A DNA stretch of 64,000 bases from an uncultured bacterium (GTDB lineage Bacteria; Omnitrophota; Gorgyraeia; Zapsychrales; Aceulaceae). The position numbers and the translations under genes are program-made. Positions 46,215 through 55,693 of the stretch are shown piece by piece (within the stretch, counting starts at the first letter, position 1; every line of letters starts with the position of its first letter). The notes under the pieces are model-generated. The model saw only the letters and a program-made list of their open reading frames with translations. It did no database searches and was not told the origin of the DNA. The stretch covers positions 2,585 through 66,584 of the forward strand of contig CALGLP010000022.1 of NCBI GenBank assembly GCA_937930175.1. The letters are read 5' to 3'.

Positions 46215-47216
46215 ATGGTCATCAACGATATCATTAACAAATCTTTAAACGGGGAAGCATTGGAAGCTTTGGAAATCAAAAAGCTTTTTGAGGTCGATCT
46301 TTTTACCGAAGAAAGCGCGTTGGTGCAGGTGGCGTCTTATCAGAAAAGCCAGAAGGCTTGCCATGGCAAGGCGGAGGTGCATGCGCAGGTGGGGATCAAT
46401 ATTGCGCCGTGTCCCAGGGATTGTTTGTTTTGTGCCTTTGCTGCAGTGAATAAAGTTTTTAAAGAATCATCGCAGTTAACCCCGCAGCAGGCTGTTGAGA
46501 AGTTACGTCAATTTGAGCAAGATGGTGCGAATGCGGTTTTTGTGATGGCCACGGGCAATTATCCGGTGGAAAAGTTTTTTGAGGTTTCGCAGGAGATTCG
46601 TCGCGGTTTAAAACCGCAAACGATCTTGATCGCGAATGTGGGTGATTTTTCGCTCGCTGAAGCCAGGCGGTTAAAAGCGTGCGGGTATGCGGGAATTTAT
46701 CATGCGGTGCGTTTAGGCGAGGGACGAGATACAAAGATCAAGAAAGAAAAACGTTTGGAAACTTTTCGCTATGCGAAAGAAGCAGGACTCCTTTTGGGAA
46801 CATGTCTTGAGCCTGTGGGAACCGAGCATTCGGTGGATGAGCTGGTTGAAAAAACGATCATCACCCGCGATGCCAAACCGGTTTATAGCGGCGCGGCCCG
46901 GCGCATTCCGATCCCTAACACCAAGCTTGGTTCCTATCCGATCGTTAGCGAAGCAAAGATGGCGCATATTTTAGCGGTTGTTCGATTGGCCCTTGGCTAC
47001 GATATTCCCGGTAACTGTACCCATGAGCCCAACGTGATCGGCTGTGCTGCCGGCGCGAACTTGCTTTGGGCGGAAGTCGGCTCTAATCCGCGCGACACGC
47101 ATCAGGAGACCCAGCAGGCACGCGGAATGAACGTGCTTCAGTGCCGGAATGTTCTTAAGGAAGCGCATTGGGACGTGCTCGACGGGCCTTCTGTTTTTTA
47201 TTCGGGAAAAAATTAA
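46215..47216 (+). CDS. Radical SAM protein of the BioB/HydE/PylB-like family
   Basis: Cluster-binding motif NIAPCPRDCLFCAFA (CxxxCxxC). BioB-like LKACGYAGIYHAV...GTCLEPVG layout. 333 aa. Confidence 0.65.
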   Translation: MVINDIINKSLNGEALEALEIKKLFEVDLFTEESALVQVASYQKSQKACHGKAEVHAQVGINIAPCPRDCLFCAFAAVNKVFKESSQLTPQQAVEKLRQFEQDGANAVFVMATGNYPVEKFFEVSQEIRRGLKPQTILIANVGDFSLAEARRLKACGYAGIYHAVRLGEGRDTKIKKEKRLETFRYAKEAGLLLGTCLEPVGTEHSVDELVEKTIITRDAKPVYSGAARRIPIPNTKLGSYPIVSEAKMAHILAVVRLALGYDIPGNCTHEPNVIGCAAGANLLWAEVGSNPRDTHQETQQARGMNVLQCRNVLKEAHWDVLDGPSVFYSGKN

Positions 47217-48007
47217 TCGTTGCTGTAAGAAAGAATGTTGGTAGAGTGGCGGCCGGTCTCTAGGCCTTGATATTGGACCCATTGAAAAGGATAAGTTCTT
47301 TGGTACCAGACAAAGGTTGCGGGAACATATTGATCAAAAACATTATCCAGAATGCCCATATCGGCAATGAGGCGAATTTTGACACAGTCATAACTGCGGC
47401 CGCTGGGTAGTGTAATAGTTTCTTGGCCTTGTTGTTTGACAAGAACTTTGTAGAGAGCGGGTTCGAATGTTATTAAATAAAATGATTGGTTGTTCTTTTC
47501 GTTTAGATAAGGAATAAAGCTTTTCACAAAATTTGTTAAGCAGATTTCATCGATAGTCGGGCCTTTGATCGGAAAAGTGTAGTTTTTAACCCGTGCTCTT
47601 TTTGGGTTACGGCGGTCATCGATCTTAATGGTGATTTTCTTTTTTTCGTAATCAAAGTCTTTTTGGGCCTGGTAGAGCGTGTTACCTTCAAGATCTTTGA
47701 TGACGCACAATGATTTTTTTTGGATCAGGCGTCTGTCTTTGATGGTCCCGGTTGCCTCCGCGAGCCAGTCAACGAGCTCAAAGTGATCAAAAGCGCCGCG
47801 TCCTTTTTTCTGGGCTGTAAAGGAGTCACTGGTAACCGTAAAAGAGTGCGAGGAGGCAGAGCGCGGTGTTTGTGTCGGGAAATTAAGGATCGCGGCCGAT
47901 CCTGCTTGCTGAAAATCAGTCCAAGACGCCTCGGTCGCGAAAGCCGGAACACAAACGCTGATAAGCCAAAGACAAGATAAGAGTATTATTTTCATTGGAA
48001 GTTTCAT
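47213..48007 (-). CDS. Hypothetical secreted protein
   Basis: Signal peptide MKLPMKIILLSCLWLISVCVPAFA. Non-repetitive 264-aa ORF convergent with the radical SAM gene. Confidence 0.5.
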   Translation of the reverse strand: MKLPMKIILLSCLWLISVCVPAFATEASWTDFQQAGSAAILNFPTQTPRSASSHSFTVTSDSFTAQKKGRGAFDHFELVDWLAEATGTIKDRRLIQKKSLCVIKDLEGNTLYQAQKDFDYEKKKITIKIDDRRNPKRARVKNYTFPIKGPTIDEICLTNFVKSFIPYLNEKNNQSFYLITFEPALYKVLVKQQGQETITLPSGRSYDCVKIRLIADMGILDNVFDQYVPATFVWYQRTYPFQWVQYQGLETGRHSTNILSYSND

Positions 48008-48053
48008 CAGTTCATATCATAAGGAAAAGTTTAAAGAAAGCCAACAAGAATTT

Positions 48054-48737
48054 ATGCCTTATTATTCATTGATTGTGATCACTCTTAAAGCGGACAGCGC
48101 GCTTTTGCAGAAAACACGGATTCTGCTTGAGCGTTATCCGGATTTGGAAGTTATCATTGTTCAAGCGGACGGCTCTAAAGAATGTCCTGCGTCCTGGTCT
48201 TCGCGTCTTTGTTTAGCGCAGGCCCCCAAGGGAAGAGGTCTGCAGTGCAACGCGGGTGCGCGTCTTGCCAGCGGCGAGAATTTGATCTTCCTGCATGCAG
48301 ATACGGAGTTACCACAAAAGGCGTTTGAGGTTATTGATAAAGTGTTTCAAGATCCGAAAGTTCAGTTGGCGTGTTTTCGTTTGCGCTTCGATATGGCGCA
48401 TGGACTTCTAAAGTTTTATAGTTTTTTTACACGTTTTGATTCTTTTTGGACGAGTTTTGGAGATCAGGGGATTGTCGTTCGGCGAACATTTTTTGATCGG
48501 GTTAAAGGTTTTCCGGATTGGCCATTGCTTGAGGATGTGGAGTTCTTTAGGCGCGCTAGAAAGTTTACAAAAGTTGTTAAGCTGCCGCTCTCGGTTACGA
48601 CATCGGCTATTCGCTATAAAGAGAATGGAATCTTACGTCAACAACTTAAGAATGCTTGGTTGCTGATCCGATACCGCTTGGGTGCTTCCCCTTGGGACTT
48701 GGTCAAAGAATATGAAAAGAAAAGAGGCGGCCTGTGA
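48054..48737 (+). CDS. Small glycosyltransferase family 2 protein (TIGR04283-like)
   Basis: SLIVITLKADSALL...VIIVQADGS...IFLHADTELP GT2 signature; about 227 aa. Confidence 0.6.
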   Translation: MPYYSLIVITLKADSALLQKTRILLERYPDLEVIIVQADGSKECPASWSSRLCLAQAPKGRGLQCNAGARLASGENLIFLHADTELPQKAFEVIDKVFQDPKVQLACFRLRFDMAHGLLKFYSFFTRFDSFWTSFGDQGIVVRRTFFDRVKGFPDWPLLEDVEFFRRARKFTKVVKLPLSVTTSAIRYKENGILRQQLKNAWLLIRYRLGASPWDLVKEYEKKRGGL

Positions 48738-49501
48738 AATTTAAGATAGCATTTTTTTTGATGATATTTTCTTTGTTTTCTGTTAACGCGCAAGCCCTGA
48801 ACCATGATCTTTTTACGGGTGTGCTTCAAAGTTATGTCACCGAGGGTATGGTTGATTATAAGGGGATGTGCGGGGATATGCGCTTAGCGCAGTACATTGA
48901 TCAAATAAGCCAGGCAGACCCGGAAAAGATTACCGATAACAAGGCGCGCTTAGCTTTTTGGCTGAATGCGTACAATGCCTGGACGCTCAAGATTATTTGT
49001 GATCATTATCCTTTAAAAAGTATTAATGAGCTGCATTCCGGCGGGCTGGCCGTCGGGATGATCCTTAAAACGACCGTTTGGGATAAGAAAATAGTTACAA
49101 TTAATAACCAGAAAACCTCTTTGAGCCGTATCGAACACAAAATCATTCGCCCTGTTTTTAAAGATCCCCGCATTCATTTTGCCGTTGTTTGCGCAGCGAA
49201 GGGCTGTCCACCTCTAAGAAATGAGGCATATGAAGCCAAGGTATTGGATCAGCAGCTTGATAGTCAAGGCAGCATATTTCTTGCTCAAGAGAAGAAGAAC
49301 TCATTTAATTTTGAAACTAAAACAGCCAATATTTCGCCTATTTTCGGTTGGTTCAAGGAAGATTTTGGAGGGAAGCCCGAAGCGGTTTTGCGTTTTATTG
49401 CCGGCTATTTACCTGAAGAAGAAGGGAAGATCCTTTCTCAAGATGCAGCCAGATGGAAAATCAAATATACGTTTTACGATTGGAGCTTAAATGAGCAGTG
49501 A
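48734..49501 (+). CDS. DUF547 domain protein, secreted
   Basis: Signal peptide. DUF547 core LAFWLNAYNAWTLKIICDHYPLKSINEL. Confidence 0.6.
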   Translation: MKFKIAFFLMIFSLFSVNAQALNHDLFTGVLQSYVTEGMVDYKGMCGDMRLAQYIDQISQADPEKITDNKARLAFWLNAYNAWTLKIICDHYPLKSINELHSGGLAVGMILKTTVWDKKIVTINNQKTSLSRIEHKIIRPVFKDPRIHFAVVCAAKGCPPLRNEAYEAKVLDQQLDSQGSIFLAQEKKNSFNFETKTANISPIFGWFKEDFGGKPEAVLRFIAGYLPEEEGKILSQDAARWKIKYTFYDWSLNEQ

Positions 49502-50267
49502 TCTAATCGCGGGAACCGTATTCCTGATACTGTTCCTTATCCTAGAGAACACTTGGCCTTTTTATAAGGGACGCAAGGAAGTCCTTACGCATGGCTTTCG
49601 GAACTTGTCGATTGCTGCTTTGAATGGGCTTATCAATGTTGCTTTTGGGCCTTTAATCATAATGGTCATTTTGTGGGGGCAGGCCAATAAGATTAGTATT
49701 CATCAATGGCTTGGTCTTTCAGGGGCGTTTTCCTGGATCATCATGTTTTTACTTTTTGACGCATGGATGTACATCTGGCATCGTCTTAATCATACATGGT
49801 TTTTTTTGTGGCCTTTTCATGCAATGCACCATGCGGACACACAAATGGACTCGACGACTGCGTTACGATTTCATCCGGCAGAGATCGTTTTCTCGAATAT
49901 TTTAAATATCGGTGTTTTATGTTTGCTTGGCATGAGCTTGGAACAGTTTGTTTTTTATAAAACCGCATTATTTCTGGTTATTATTTTTCATCATAGCAAT
50001 ATCAATTTGAGTGAAAGATTGGATCGCGGGTTGAAAAGATTCATCGTAAGTCCCTCCATGCACAGGGTCCATCATTCCCGGAAAATAGAGGAGCTTAATA
50101 CCAACTACGGTAGTGTTTTTTCTTTTTGGGATAGATTTTTTAAGTCTTTTTGTCAACGGAATGATATGGAAGCCGTTGAGTTCGGCCTTGGCCTGCCGTT
50201 CGACAGAAGCGGGGGAACATTGGTTGGGATGCTGAAGATTCCCTTGGCCAAAAAGATATCACAATGA
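49491..50267 (+). CDS. Fatty acid hydroxylase / sterol desaturase superfamily membrane protein
   Basis: Histidine boxes HRLNH, HAMHHAD and HRVHHS. Confidence 0.75.
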   Translation: MSSDLIAGTVFLILFLILENTWPFYKGRKEVLTHGFRNLSIAALNGLINVAFGPLIIMVILWGQANKISIHQWLGLSGAFSWIIMFLLFDAWMYIWHRLNHTWFFLWPFHAMHHADTQMDSTTALRFHPAEIVFSNILNIGVLCLLGMSLEQFVFYKTALFLVIIFHHSNINLSERLDRGLKRFIVSPSMHRVHHSRKIEELNTNYGSVFSFWDRFFKSFCQRNDMEAVEFGLGLPFDRSGGTLVGMLKIPLAKKISQ

Positions 50268-50323
50268 ACCCCTGATAATACATTTTTTGTTTTAAAAAAG
50301 GCTGTGAAAGAAGAGTTTTTATT

Positions 50324-51226
50324 ATGCGATTAGGACTGTGTTGTAAATTTCTAGAACAACCGATAAAATTTTCTACAACAACAGCGACATCCATTTTGAG
50401 AATGCGGCGTAAAGATGCCCTGGCGAAACTCTCGGGGTTATGTTTTGAAAACGCCTGCGCCTTAGAAAAAGCTATCCAATATTGCGCCGGTCATGGTATC
50501 GGCTCTTTCCGCATCAACAGCCAAATTTTGCCTGTCAAGACCCATCCCAGGGCTGGCTATGACATCAAGGACTTGCCTTTGGCTGAGGAGATCGTCTTGA
50601 AATTCAAAGAATGCGGTCAATGGGCCAAGAAAAACAATGTACGCCTGACGTTTCATCCGGATCAATTTATTGTGCTAAGCTCTAAAAACAATGATGTTGT
50701 TGATCGTTCTATTGTTGACTTAGAATATCATGCCTTGGTGAGTGAATGGGTTGGCGCCGATGTGATTAATATCCATGGGGGAGGGGCTTATGGCGATAAG
50801 AGGTCTGCGCTTAAAAGGGTTATGAAGAATGTTAAGAAGTTGTCTCAAAAAGTACGGTGTCGCCTGACGTTTGAGAATGATGAGAAAGTTTATTCACCGG
50901 TAGATTTGATTCCGCTTTGTCAAGCAACAGGCGCCGGCTTTGTTTATGATGTGCATCATCATCGGTGCCGGCCGGACGGTTGTTCCGTGGAAGAGATAAC
51001 CAAGAAAGCCGTTAAGACCTGGAACCGTGAGCCGTTGTTTCATATTTCTTCGCCTATTCATGGATGGCGGAAAAAGAATACCGCATATCATCATGACTAC
51101 ATCAATATTAAAGATTTTCCTAAATGTTGGCTAGGGCTTGATGTGACCGTTGACATTGAAGCTAAAGCAAAAGAACTTGCCATTTTTCGCTTGCAAAAAG
51201 ATTTAAAAAGAATAGAGAAGAAATGA
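50324..51226 (+). CDS. uvsE: UV damage endonuclease (UvdE/UvsE family)
   Basis: N-terminus MRLGLCCKF, TIM-barrel-type motifs (LTFHPDQF, INIHGGG) typical of UVDE. Confidence 0.7.
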   Translation: MRLGLCCKFLEQPIKFSTTTATSILRMRRKDALAKLSGLCFENACALEKAIQYCAGHGIGSFRINSQILPVKTHPRAGYDIKDLPLAEEIVLKFKECGQWAKKNNVRLTFHPDQFIVLSSKNNDVVDRSIVDLEYHALVSEWVGADVINIHGGGAYGDKRSALKRVMKNVKKLSQKVRCRLTFENDEKVYSPVDLIPLCQATGAGFVYDVHHHRCRPDGCSVEEITKKAVKTWNREPLFHISSPIHGWRKKNTAYHHDYINIKDFPKCWLGLDVTVDIEAKAKELAIFRLQKDLKRIEKK

Positions 51227-52323
51227 CTAACCATTTTTTAACCTGCCAGTGGAAGAATCTTGCCATGGTCAATTTTGAAATGGACCCGGAGCTTCTGTTG
51301 CCTTTTGTGCCAGCTGGTACGGAACTGGATCTTTGGGAAGGTAAAACATTCGTGAGCCTCGTGGGATTTCAATGGGATGATGCTTGTCTTAAGGGTTGCA
51401 AGATCTTCGGCCATAGTAAATTTGAGGAAATGAATTTAAGATTTTATGTCAAGCGCCAAGCGCCTGAGGGTTGGCGTCGGGGCGTTTGTTTTATTCGGGA
51501 ATTCATTGGCTTGCCGGCCGCGGCTTTAGTCGCCAATATCTGTTACGGCGAGAAATTCCGTATCCGTACCGTTGCCTCCTGCCTTGAGCAAAAGGCGCTT
51601 GGCACTTATATTCAATACCGCGTTGAAGATCGTAGGCGGCCAAGCATCCTCGATATGGTGGCAAATTCTGCCATGCAGAATATCCGTTCTGGTAGCTTTG
51701 AAGAATTTATCATCGGCCACGCGTGGGCCTATGCGTCTTTAAAGAATGGTAGGACGCTCGAATACCGCATCGAGCGGCCTGATTGGCATTTTGCCGAAGC
51801 CAATTTTGTGCATGTGGGTTTTGACGGCGCTGGGCTTTATGGTCCGGCCCTGGGACACGTGATCCGCGGAAAACCGCACTCAGCTTTCTTGGTCGATGGT
51901 TCTGCGGTCAAGGTTGTGGCCCCTCAAAAGATCCCTTATGCGATCCGGCATTCGATCGTGATCTTTGACGGTGTTTGCCATTTGTGCAACGGGTTTGTTG
52001 ATTTCATTCTAAAGCATGATAAAAATAAGAACTTTCGTTTATTACCCAACCAGTCATCGGCAGCAGGGAAAATGTTGTCTGTGTTTGGATTAGTTTCGCA
52101 GATCAATGATTCCGTGTATTTGATCCAGGGAGGGAAGGTTTACAAAGAATCGGCAGCCGGTTTGCGGATCTTAAGAACATTAGGGGTTCCTTTTAACTTG
52201 TGTTATGTTTTTATGGTTGTCCCGTCTTTTTTGCGTAATATTGTCTATCGGATCATTGCTCAAAATCGTTATCGTTGGTTTGGAAAAAGAGAATCTTGCA
52301 GGCTTTTACTGCCTCAAGAATAA
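51223..52323 (+). CDS. Fusion: DUF2071 domain + DCC-family thiol-disulfide oxidoreductase (DUF393)
   Basis: N-terminal block FEMDPELLLPFVPAGTELDLWEGKTFVSLVGFQW (DUF2071-like). C-terminal VIFDGVCHLCNGFVDFILKHD (DCC CxxC motif). Confidence 0.55.
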   Translation: MTNHFLTCQWKNLAMVNFEMDPELLLPFVPAGTELDLWEGKTFVSLVGFQWDDACLKGCKIFGHSKFEEMNLRFYVKRQAPEGWRRGVCFIREFIGLPAAALVANICYGEKFRIRTVASCLEQKALGTYIQYRVEDRRRPSILDMVANSAMQNIRSGSFEEFIIGHAWAYASLKNGRTLEYRIERPDWHFAEANFVHVGFDGAGLYGPALGHVIRGKPHSAFLVDGSAVKVVAPQKIPYAIRHSIVIFDGVCHLCNGFVDFILKHDKNKNFRLLPNQSSAAGKMLSVFGLVSQINDSVYLIQGGKVYKESAAGLRILRTLGVPFNLCYVFMVVPSFLRNIVYRIIAQNRYRWFGKRESCRLLLPQE

Positions 52324-52343
52324 TAGAATAGAAAGGAGGCAAG

Positions 52344-52895
52344 ATGAAAACCGTTTTGTTGAGTTTTGCAACATTAGGATTTTTTATGCTGGTGGCCGCA
52401 CCGGTTAAGGCTCAAAAACCAGCGGATATCTACGGATTTACAGTTTCTGACATTGATGGAAAACCTGTGCCGCTTGCTGATTATAAAGGCAAGGTTTTGC
52501 TCATTGTCAACACCGCTTCCCGCTGTGGATTTACATCTCAATATAAAACCTTGGAGGATCTTTATCAAAAATATAAAGAGCGGGGTTTTGTGGTTTTGGG
52601 ATTTCCAGCGAATAATTTTATGGGCCAGGAGCCGGGTAGCAACGAAGAGATCAAGAATTTTTGTTTTATGAATTACAAGACGACCTTTCCCTTGTTTGCC
52701 AAGATCAGCGTCAAGGGTGCGGATATCGCGCCGTTATATGCCTATTTGACAGGTGTTCCCGGCTTTGAAGGAGGCATCATCTGGAATTTCAATAAATTCT
52801 TGATCGATCGCAATGGCAAAGTCGTTGCCCGTTTCGCCAGCCCTGTGGATCCGATGTCTCCAGAGCTGGTCAATGCTGTCGAACAACAATTATAA
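52344..52895 (+). CDS. gpx: Glutathione peroxidase, secreted
   Basis: VNTASRCGFTSQYKTLEDLYQKY...LGFPANNF; signal peptide. Confidence 0.88.
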   Translation: MKTVLLSFATLGFFMLVAAPVKAQKPADIYGFTVSDIDGKPVPLADYKGKVLLIVNTASRCGFTSQYKTLEDLYQKYKERGFVVLGFPANNFMGQEPGSNEEIKNFCFMNYKTTFPLFAKISVKGADIAPLYAYLTGVPGFEGGIIWNFNKFLIDRNGKVVARFASPVDPMSPELVNAVEQQL

Positions 52896-53105
52896 ATGAA
52901 AGGAAAAGTTTCTATGTTTCAGATGATCGAAGTGATTGGGGTGTCCAAGGAAGGTTTTAGTCAGGCGGTTGATCAGGCAGTGAGCGATGTGGCGAAGACA
53001 AAGAAGAATATTCATTTTTTTGAAGTGACAGAGCAACGGGGTTGTGTCCACGAGGGTAAGATCAAAGAGTTTCAGGTCAAGGTTAAGGTGGCATTTATTG
53101 AATAA
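52896..53105 (+). CDS. Dodecin family flavin-binding protein
   Basis: MIEVIGVSKEGFSQAVDQAVSDVAKTKKNIHFFEVTEQRGCVHEGKIKEFQVKVKVAF matches the dodecin pattern. Probable true start ATG 52914. Confidence 0.75.
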   Translation: MKGKVSMFQMIEVIGVSKEGFSQAVDQAVSDVAKTKKNIHFFEVTEQRGCVHEGKIKEFQVKVKVAFIE

Positions 53106-53106
53106 C

Positions 53107-54459
53107 ATGAATTTAGCGCGTAGGCGTCAACTCAACTCGTTTGATTATTCAAGTGGGCCGGTTGTTTATTGGATGAGTCGGGACCAGCGGTTTGCGGATA
53201 ACTGGGCGCTTATTTACGCCCAGGAGCTCGCGCTTAAGAATAAAGTGCCGCTGGTGATTGGTTTTACGCTTGCGCCGGGTTTTTTGGGCGCGACACAACG
53301 TCAGTATGCTTTTATGCTCAAAGGTTTAAGTGATGTGGCCTCTGCTAGCTCCCAGAAAAATATCCCGTTTTTTCTTTTGCTCGGCAATCCGTCAGAGGCA
53401 ATTGTTAAGTTTATAAAAAAATATAAGGTTGGTGCGCTTGTTTGCGACTTTGACCCTTTAAGGGTCAAAGTCGCTTGGAAAAAGGCTGTCGCGCGCAGCA
53501 TCGATATCCCTTTCTACGAAGTGGATGCGCATAATATTGTGCCGTGTTGGATTGCCTCGCCTAAACAAGAGTTTGGCGCCTACACGTTGCGGCCTAAGAT
53601 CAACCGTTTAGTGGATCAATTTTTGGAAGATTTTCCGCTTGTCAGAAAACATCCCTTTTCTTTTGATGTTAAGCCCACATTGATCGATGTTGATCAGATC
53701 TTGCGTACTTTAGATATCGATAAGAGTGTTGCTGAGCTTTCTTGGATCAAGCCCGGAGAGATGGAAGCGCACAAAGCCTTGCGCGATTTTGCGCAGGAAA
53801 GATTGTCTGATTATAACGTAAAGCGCAATGATCCATGTCTTAAGGGCCAATCCGATCTCTCACCGTATTTGCACTTTGGCCAATTGTCAGCCCAGCGCGT
53901 GGCGCTCGCTGTCGCTCGCGCAAAAGCTAACGAAAACTCGAAGCAGGCATTCTTGGAAGAACTTATTATCCGACGGGAACTGGCGGATAATTTTTGTTTT
54001 TACAATCTGTATTATGATTCCACAAAAGGTGCACCAGCCTGGGTCCAGAAAACCTTGCTTGAACATCGCAAGGATAAGCGAGAGTATTGTTATTCGCTCA
54101 AAGAGCTTGAGGCTGCCAAGACCCATGATGATCTCTGGAATGCGGCACAATCGGAAATGGTAGCAATTGGCAAGATGCATGGGTTTATGCGTATGTACTG
54201 GGCCAAAAAGATTTTAGAGTGGACGCCCGTTGCGGACAAGGCCTTTGCCGCTGCGGTTTATTTAAATGATAAATATGAGCTCGACGGCCGCGACCCCAAT
54301 GGTTATGCTGGCATTGCCTGGTCCATCGCCGGCGTGCACGATCGCGCCTGGGGCGAGCGCGCGGTTTTTGGGAAAATCCGGTATATGAGCTATCAGGGGT
54401 GCAAAAATAAATTTGATGTGGATAAATATATCGAGAAAGTTAGAAAAATGAAAGGCTAG
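53107..54459 (+). CDS. phr: Deoxyribodipyrimidine photolyase, class II CPD photolyase
   Basis: FDYSSGPVVYWMSRDQRFADNWALIYAQ class II N-terminus. FAD-binding C-terminal domain (WNAAQSEMVAIGKMHGFMRMYWAKKIL). Start moved to ATG 53107; the track ORF overlaps dodecin. Confidence 0.88.
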   Translation: MNLARRRQLNSFDYSSGPVVYWMSRDQRFADNWALIYAQELALKNKVPLVIGFTLAPGFLGATQRQYAFMLKGLSDVASASSQKNIPFFLLLGNPSEAIVKFIKKYKVGALVCDFDPLRVKVAWKKAVARSIDIPFYEVDAHNIVPCWIASPKQEFGAYTLRPKINRLVDQFLEDFPLVRKHPFSFDVKPTLIDVDQILRTLDIDKSVAELSWIKPGEMEAHKALRDFAQERLSDYNVKRNDPCLKGQSDLSPYLHFGQLSAQRVALAVARAKANENSKQAFLEELIIRRELADNFCFYNLYYDSTKGAPAWVQKTLLEHRKDKREYCYSLKELEAAKTHDDLWNAAQSEMVAIGKMHGFMRMYWAKKILEWTPVADKAFAAAVYLNDKYELDGRDPNGYAGIAWSIAGVHDRAWGERAVFGKIRYMSYQGCKNKFDVDKYIEKVRKMKG

Positions 54460-54462
54460 CTT

Positions 54463-55386
54463 ATGGACCGTGAATTAAAAGAAAAAATCCGTATCGGCAT
54501 CAGCGAATGTAATTTTGGTGGACAGGTGCGCTGGAATCACATTGGTTGGGATCGAGTTGCGCGCCTGGAAAGAGAGCGAAATGATTATGTTTGGATCCCT
54601 GTCTGCCCCGAGGTCTTAAGCGGCTTGGGTGTGCCGCGTCATCCAATGAAGCTCGTTGTTGGAACCGGCGATGATTTCTGGCAAGATAAGGCCAGGATGA
54701 AAAATCGTAAGGGCCAAGATGTCTCTGCGAATCTGCGTGTTGGGGCTTTAAATGCGCTTGAGATCGTAGAGCGCTCTCAAGCTGAGGCCTTTGCGTTTAT
54801 GGAGGGCAGTCCATCGTGTGGGGTTTATCGCACGACATTAAAGGATAAAAGGCTTGGTCGTCCGCCAGGAGTTTTTGGATCGCTACTTTTGAAACAAGAT
54901 CTATTTCTTATTCCTGTTTTGGATTTTGATAGCCCATGGAAATGGTGGGACTGGTCCAGGCGCCTACATGCCTTTGTGTGGCTCAAGCGCTTAGAAATTA
55001 AGGGCAAGCAGGAATTATATGAGGCCTGGCATATGCTTAAATTTATTTGCCAGGAGGCGCACGAGAAGAGCGCGCGGGATTTGGGTGCTGTTTTGGCTGC
55101 TGCTCCTAAAAGATTGACTCAGGAATTTATCAGCACTTGGAAAACACAGGCTTTTCAGCTGTTGCGTCGGCCTTCTACTTTGCAGCGTATTCAGGCGGTT
55201 ATGGTCAAGCATTATGCCCACTATCGTAAAGTCTTTGGCCTAAGCGTTAAAGACGTTGCGGCGCCAACCTTGGATGTCAATAAGCATGCATTTATCGAGG
55301 AGCTAAAGAAGATGGAGCGCAAGGCCTTTGACCAAGGGTATTTATTTGTAGGCCATCCCATCGTTTATCGTCCAGAGGAGAGGTAG
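54463..55386 (+). CDS. DUF523/DUF1722 two-domain protein (YbbK/YbgA-like; photolyase-associated)
   Basis: N-terminus RIGISECNFGGQVRWNHIGWD (DUF523). C-terminal half is DUF1722-like. Sits directly downstream of the photolyase, as ybgA does in E. coli. Confidence 0.65.
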   Translation: MDRELKEKIRIGISECNFGGQVRWNHIGWDRVARLERERNDYVWIPVCPEVLSGLGVPRHPMKLVVGTGDDFWQDKARMKNRKGQDVSANLRVGALNALEIVERSQAEAFAFMEGSPSCGVYRTTLKDKRLGRPPGVFGSLLLKQDLFLIPVLDFDSPWKWWDWSRRLHAFVWLKRLEIKGKQELYEAWHMLKFICQEAHEKSARDLGAVLAAAPKRLTQEFISTWKTQAFQLLRRPSTLQRIQAVMVKHYAHYRKVFGLSVKDVAAPTLDVNKHAFIEELKKMERKAFDQGYLFVGHPIVYRPEER

Positions 55387-55413
55387 TTAATAGTGTTTTG
55401 AAAGGAGTTTTAG

Positions 55414-55566
55414 ATGAAAATGAGTGCTTATCAGGTCGTCGCAGCTTTAGGTTCATCGCTTTTGATGGTGTCGGGATTGTTAAGATATCTTCAATTTGGG
55501 AATCCCAAGGAATTGATCATCGGGGTTTTATATTTTATTGCAAATATCTTTATATTTTGCTTATAA
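55414..55566 (+). CDS. Small hydrophobic protein (50 aa, two predicted TM)
   Basis: GAAAGGAG RBS 7 nt upstream. MKMSAYQVVAALGSSLLMVSGLLRYLQFGNPKELIIGVLYFIANIFIFCL. Different frame from the track ORF 55398. Confidence 0.4.
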   Translation: MKMSAYQVVAALGSSLLMVSGLLRYLQFGNPKELIIGVLYFIANIFIFCL

Positions 55567-55607
55567 AGACAGTATATATTACTCCATAATATGTTCTGAT
55601 AGGATAT

Positions 55608-55650
55608 AAAATAGGGATTCTGATATCAGAATCCCTATTTTATTCTGTAT
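55608..55650. terminator. Bidirectional rho-independent terminator between convergent genes
   Basis: Perfect 16-bp stem AAAATAGGGATTCTGA/TCAGAATCCCTATTTT with 3-nt loop, T/A-rich on both sides. Confidence 0.75.
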
Positions 55651-55693
55651 TTTACTCCACTTCTAGAGTAAGATACCTATAAGTCTATATTTT

